DNA from: an uncultured Nitrososphaeraceae archaeon
GTDB taxonomy: Archaea; Thermoproteota; Nitrososphaeria; Nitrososphaerales; Nitrososphaeraceae
Direction: 5' to 3'
DNA: 64,000 bases
Assembly: GCA_963825865.1 (NCBI GenBank)
Contig: CAWGVG010000015.1
Location: forward strand, 96,001-160,000
Positions 60,455-64,000 of this stretch are shown here, piece after piece. Every line of letters begins with the position of its first letter. Within the stretch, counting starts at the first letter, position 1. Position numbers and translations under genes: made by a program. The notes beneath the pieces are model-generated. The model did not search any database. It saw only the letters and a program-made list of their open reading frames with translations, and had not been told where the DNA came from.

Positions 60455-60793
60455 TCAGACGGTAACATTAAAGTTTGTCCAAGCCTGAACGTATGCATTA
60501 GAGATCCTATCGAGCTCATATATGGCATAGTGTCTAGCTGAAACTGATTTTGCGCGGCCTGCCAAAATGTCAGCCTCATTCATATCCATTATCCTGGTCA
60601 TTACATTATAATGGATTCTTCTCAATCCTACAAACATAATGCCTGCAATTTTTTTGGTTATTTGGTGAGCTACATCAATATCGATATCATTGAAGTTTGC
60701 AACTTTGCGAAACTTCTCCCAAATATCGGTTGGTAAAATCGTAAAATAACACTTTTTATGAGCTCTAAACCAATTTATAACAATTATAGTCAC
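60455..60793 (-). pseudogene. C-terminal fragment of an SSV-type tyrosine integrase
   Basis: GLRRIHYNVM...EADILAGRAKSVSARHY; 5' part lost next to the adjacent IS remnant. Confidence 0.6.
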
Positions 60794-60865
60794 ACCATTG
60801 GATTTATCAATAACATGTAATTTATTACAATTACATCCTCCTAGGTTGTTACATATCTCAGTATT

Positions 60866-61537
60866 ATGAATATAGATGATTTCACAACATTACAGAAATT
60901 TACAGATAGGATCGCAGGTACTATATTAGAAAGAATGATCTCTTCTTTCATTGCCATTCCTCTTATCAATGTCAAGCAGATATTCTTTGGAATAGATTCG
61001 TCTGGATTCAAGTCACCCCGTTTATCACAGGTACTACACAGAAGAGCTAAACTAAGAAGAAGGAAATGGATAAAGTTGTCTATTGGAGCTAAAACAGATA
61101 ATATGCACCATTAAGAAAAGGAGAGCTCCTACAAAACATGACAATATAGATTTTAAATCGATTATAATAACAAAATCACCAGACATTAAGCAACTATCCA
61201 TAGTAGTAGCGGACAAGGGATATGACAGCGAAGCGAACCATGTACTTGTGAGAGAAGACCTCAAAGCATACTGCATCATTCCTCCTAGATACACACATGT
61301 TCCGATATGGAGGACGCATGGCAGGTATTGAAAGCAGATGAAGCGTGGATACTCCAAACTATTGTACAATCAACGTAACAAGGACGAAACCATAATGTCT
61401 GTCATAAAGAGGCTGTTTGGAGAACATGTTTCTTCAAGGCTAAAAACACAGAACAGGGAATTATCATTCAGATGTATAGCCTATAACATGCATAGACTAA
61501 CGAATCTTGTCATTATTGTGATGATTTCTACATAGCC
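60866..61537 (+). mobile_element. IS5-family (ISH1-like) transposase remnant
   Basis: DFTTLQKF, GIDSSGF, ADKGYDSEANH, YNQRNKDETIMSVIKRLFGE; internal stop; candidate end TTTCTACATAGCC at 61525-61537. Confidence 0.8.
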
Positions 61538-61563
61538 GATGCTGAAAAAAGTTTTAATATTAG

Positions 61564-62007
61564 CTAATTTGGCACTAGAATTGCCTCACACTGCAATTCT
61601 CCGCCGTGCTTGCAACGGAAGTCTTGAATACATTGTTCGAGGGTTTCATGTCCTGTTTCGTGCGGGATTGGCGAAGGAAATGAATTCTTGCTGATCACCC
61701 TGTTAGTGACCAAGTCTCTTACAATTATTGCCACATTGGCTCCGTCAGTCTTAACTTCACTTTTGAATGTTCGAGTCGTTTTCTTTTTCTTGTTTTTTAC
61801 TTGGGTATACCTTAGGACCAAACCTGTGCCTGCCTTATTCAAATCGATCGGCTTCCGAACAGCGCCGTTCGTCAGTGAAGTTACCACTTTGTTTTCGTCT
61901 TCCTGTAGACTGAAGTTATAACCTTTGACAGTTTTGCCCTTTAACATTCGTAAAAGCTCTTGCTTCCGATCGGCCATTATAGCTCTTCCAGCTGCAAAAC
62001 TAGACAA
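61564..62007 (-). CDS. Hypothetical protein, possibly truncated
   Basis: 147-aa ORF ending next to the IS. Confidence 0.45.
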   Translation of the reverse strand: MSSFAAGRAIMADRKQELLRMLKGKTVKGYNFSLQEDENKVVTSLTNGAVRKPIDLNKAGTGLVLRYTQVKNKKKKTTRTFKSEVKTDGANVAIIVRDLVTNRVISKNSFPSPIPHETGHETLEQCIQDFRCKHGGELQCEAILVPN

Positions 62008-62185
62008 CAGAAGACGGTTACGCCAGCATTTATCATATATGCATCAAGATGAATTGCGTTATTATTAAACAATTAAGCCCGCTCTTGCTGAATTTAATTG
62101 TTACATATACAGATACAAAAACATGCGCGAGCCTCTGCGTAGACCACCACCATAAATTTTCCTGGAAATAGAAAATGTTTTTAAC

Positions 62186-63016
62186 ATGTTTCTCTTTTTC
62201 AAAAAATATGGTAATAGGCGTTATTTACAATGGCAAGCAGCTCATAAAGATAAAGATGGAGTACAAATGCTATTCCCTTCAAAGAGTGGCGGTAAAGAGT
62301 ATTATTTATCAGATGCAGATAATATTAATGAGGGAAAATTTATTACAACGGATCAAAATAATGCAGAGAAAAAGACCGAAGGTAATTTAGCTTTCTGGAA
62401 GGTTTCAGGTAAGGATGTTCATTATAGTGATCAGTCCATTGGAAAAACAATTCGAGTCAATATTAATGCAGGAGGTGGCCTTGATGGACATCAACAGAAT
62501 ACATGGGAGGATAATCCCAGATATATATGGACAAACAAGGATTCGAAAAATGCAGAATTTACTTATTATATAAGATGCTCTGGAACACAGGCCTCCTGTT
62601 GTGAACTTATTCTAAGAGTAGGTGAAGGTAATGCCAGCCTAAATTATAACTTTGAATACAATCATCCAGACTATGTAAACGATGAAGATGGCATAAAGAA
62701 GCTACAAGCAAATAACGATACTGAAATAGGAAAATGGTTTGGAAGAAAAACTATTGTGTGGACCAATAGTGATGGTAAATCTGTAACTGCGCGGGACTAT
62801 ATAGACCTGGACCCATTCAGTGCAAACGGTAAGCCTAAAAACAACTGGAAGCCGTTACAAGAAAAAGTATTTAGAACTATCAGCAGAGAAACAGAAGATG
62901 GAAAAAAATATAACGTTCCTCCTCTCTGGGGTGGAATGTTTACATCTCGTGTAGATGGTTTCCAAACAGTTGATTACGCAATTGTTTCACTTAGAGAAAT
63001 TAAGAGATTGATATAA
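62186..63016 (+). CDS. Hypothetical protein rich in Trp/Tyr/Asn
   Basis: 276-aa ORF, no confident family. Confidence 0.6.
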   Translation: MFLFFKKYGNRRYLQWQAAHKDKDGVQMLFPSKSGGKEYYLSDADNINEGKFITTDQNNAEKKTEGNLAFWKVSGKDVHYSDQSIGKTIRVNINAGGGLDGHQQNTWEDNPRYIWTNKDSKNAEFTYYIRCSGTQASCCELILRVGEGNASLNYNFEYNHPDYVNDEDGIKKLQANNDTEIGKWFGRKTIVWTNSDGKSVTARDYIDLDPFSANGKPKNNWKPLQEKVFRTISRETEDGKKYNVPPLWGGMFTSRVDGFQTVDYAIVSLREIKRLI

Positions 63017-63071
63017 TAGGAATTTAAAAAATGATAATTATAGGTAAATATAAAGATATGACAATGGAGGT

Positions 63072-63412
63072 TTGATGGATAAATTCGTTCAGACTAATTC
63101 GCCAACAGGCATAAGTTGCAAACGTAATATAACAATGGGTTACTTTGATGGTAACACGGTTACCGCGTTATGGAATTATGCCCAGCATTTTGCAATGAGT
63201 GATAACTTTTTCGGCAGTACCTTTGGTCCATCTACTCCTGGTGCTCTTAATCTTGTGTCAGGTCAGACACATGGAGCAACACCAACTAACATTTCTGATA
63301 ACATAGCAAATGAAATAGCAAATGGAATAGTAATTGGCGATCCGGATCCAGCTAATGATGATTGTTCGAATGGTGACACAGTGTCTATGCATGGAAAGAA
63401 TATAGGTGACCT
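63072..63412 (+). pseudogene. Phospholipase C/acid phosphatase (phosphoesterase) internal fragment
   Basis: MGYFDGNTVTALWNYAQHFAMSDNFFGSTFGPSTPGALNLVSGQT...KNIGDL. Confidence 0.8.
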
Positions 63413-64000
63413 TATGAATCACTGGCAGCATCCTCTACAAGATAATCTGCAAGAGCTGCCACTTGGGATTCATGCCATTCAGAGTCGACCAAATGACATA
63501 GCCCTGGACTATATCCGCGGCAACATCGTAGACCCTAGACTGTTTATCCCAATCCCAATGAATCTACCTGGACCAGATAACGATCTTAACGAGAAGTTGA
63601 CCACTACGTGCAACGAGCAATGGCCGACGAAAATTCGGTGCTTTACGCGTTTGGTGATACATGGGGACCAGACAATAAGCGCGACAAGATTTTTGGATTT
63701 CAACCAGGGGCTGGTATTCATGATATCCATATGAACCAAGGAAACGATAGCAGACACCGCGGTGACGATGGCGTATGGCAAGACGGCGGTCTGATATTTC
63801 AATTTCCTGGGCAGGATCAGTGGGTCGGAATTCTTCTGCGGTTCCAGTCGCAGGCTTGGCATACTGATGACTCGACGGGACATGCTATTGCAATCCCTAC
63901 TAGTGGTCCTCCCTCGGACGCAATGCCAGCCGTTCGACTCAGTCCCGATACTCTGCCTACTACCGATCGTCCTGATGGGTTAATTCGTATCGTTGCCGCA
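63413..64000 (+). pseudogene. YukJ/DUF2278-family gene, 5'-truncated, frameshifted, runs off the window
   Basis: ALDYIRGN, GPDNDLNEKL, GIHDIHMNQGN, DGVWQDGGL, FQSQAWHTDD; visibly GC-richer than the flanks. Confidence 0.75.

Noticed and set aside
4520-63883. Many short antisense ORFs (e.g. 5184-5579, 13909-14253, 39423-39836, 45394-45918, 63509-63883)
   Set aside because: They lie opposite well-supported genes and carry no independent motifs

Overview
AT-rich archaeal DNA whose gene content (Trm56, HflX, aMBF1, NAC, PUA protein, intron-containing tRNA, Nitrososphaera-type integrases) points to a soil ammonia-oxidising archaeon (Nitrososphaerales). Single-base indels break even housekeeping genes, so this looks like an under-polished long-read assembly and most frameshifts are probably errors. 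Positions 1-24.1 kb are ordinary chromosome plus one IS5 element. A ~27-kb integrated element starts at tRNA-Pro(GGG) (24121-24214) and ends at a 12-bp copy of the tRNA 3' end (51144-51155). It encodes a tyrosine integrase, a TopoVI-A-like Toprim protein, RHH/AbrB regulators, a putative SSB, and what reads as one ~1600-aa primase-polymerase/PriCT/helicase/family-B polymerase fusion with an iteron array inside its coding sequence. Two more copies of that iteron module form inverted repeats around a ~10-kb cargo block. The cargo looks like a conflict/recognition system: an EACC1 gene coupled to a caspase-like protease that appears to continue through a transmembrane helix into extracellular PKD/Ig domains; four secreted PKD-stalk proteins sharing a TALA|FKPTN N-terminus, with NHL or TPR heads built from near-identical repeats that vary at a few positions; and a secreted M15-type (peptidoglycan-peptidase-like) protein. 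Beyond 51.2 kb lies a decayed island with integrase relics, GMC oxidoreductases, gene fragments, an IS5 remnant and a phospholipase C/YukJ chimera. All family assignments are from motif recognition, not database searches.
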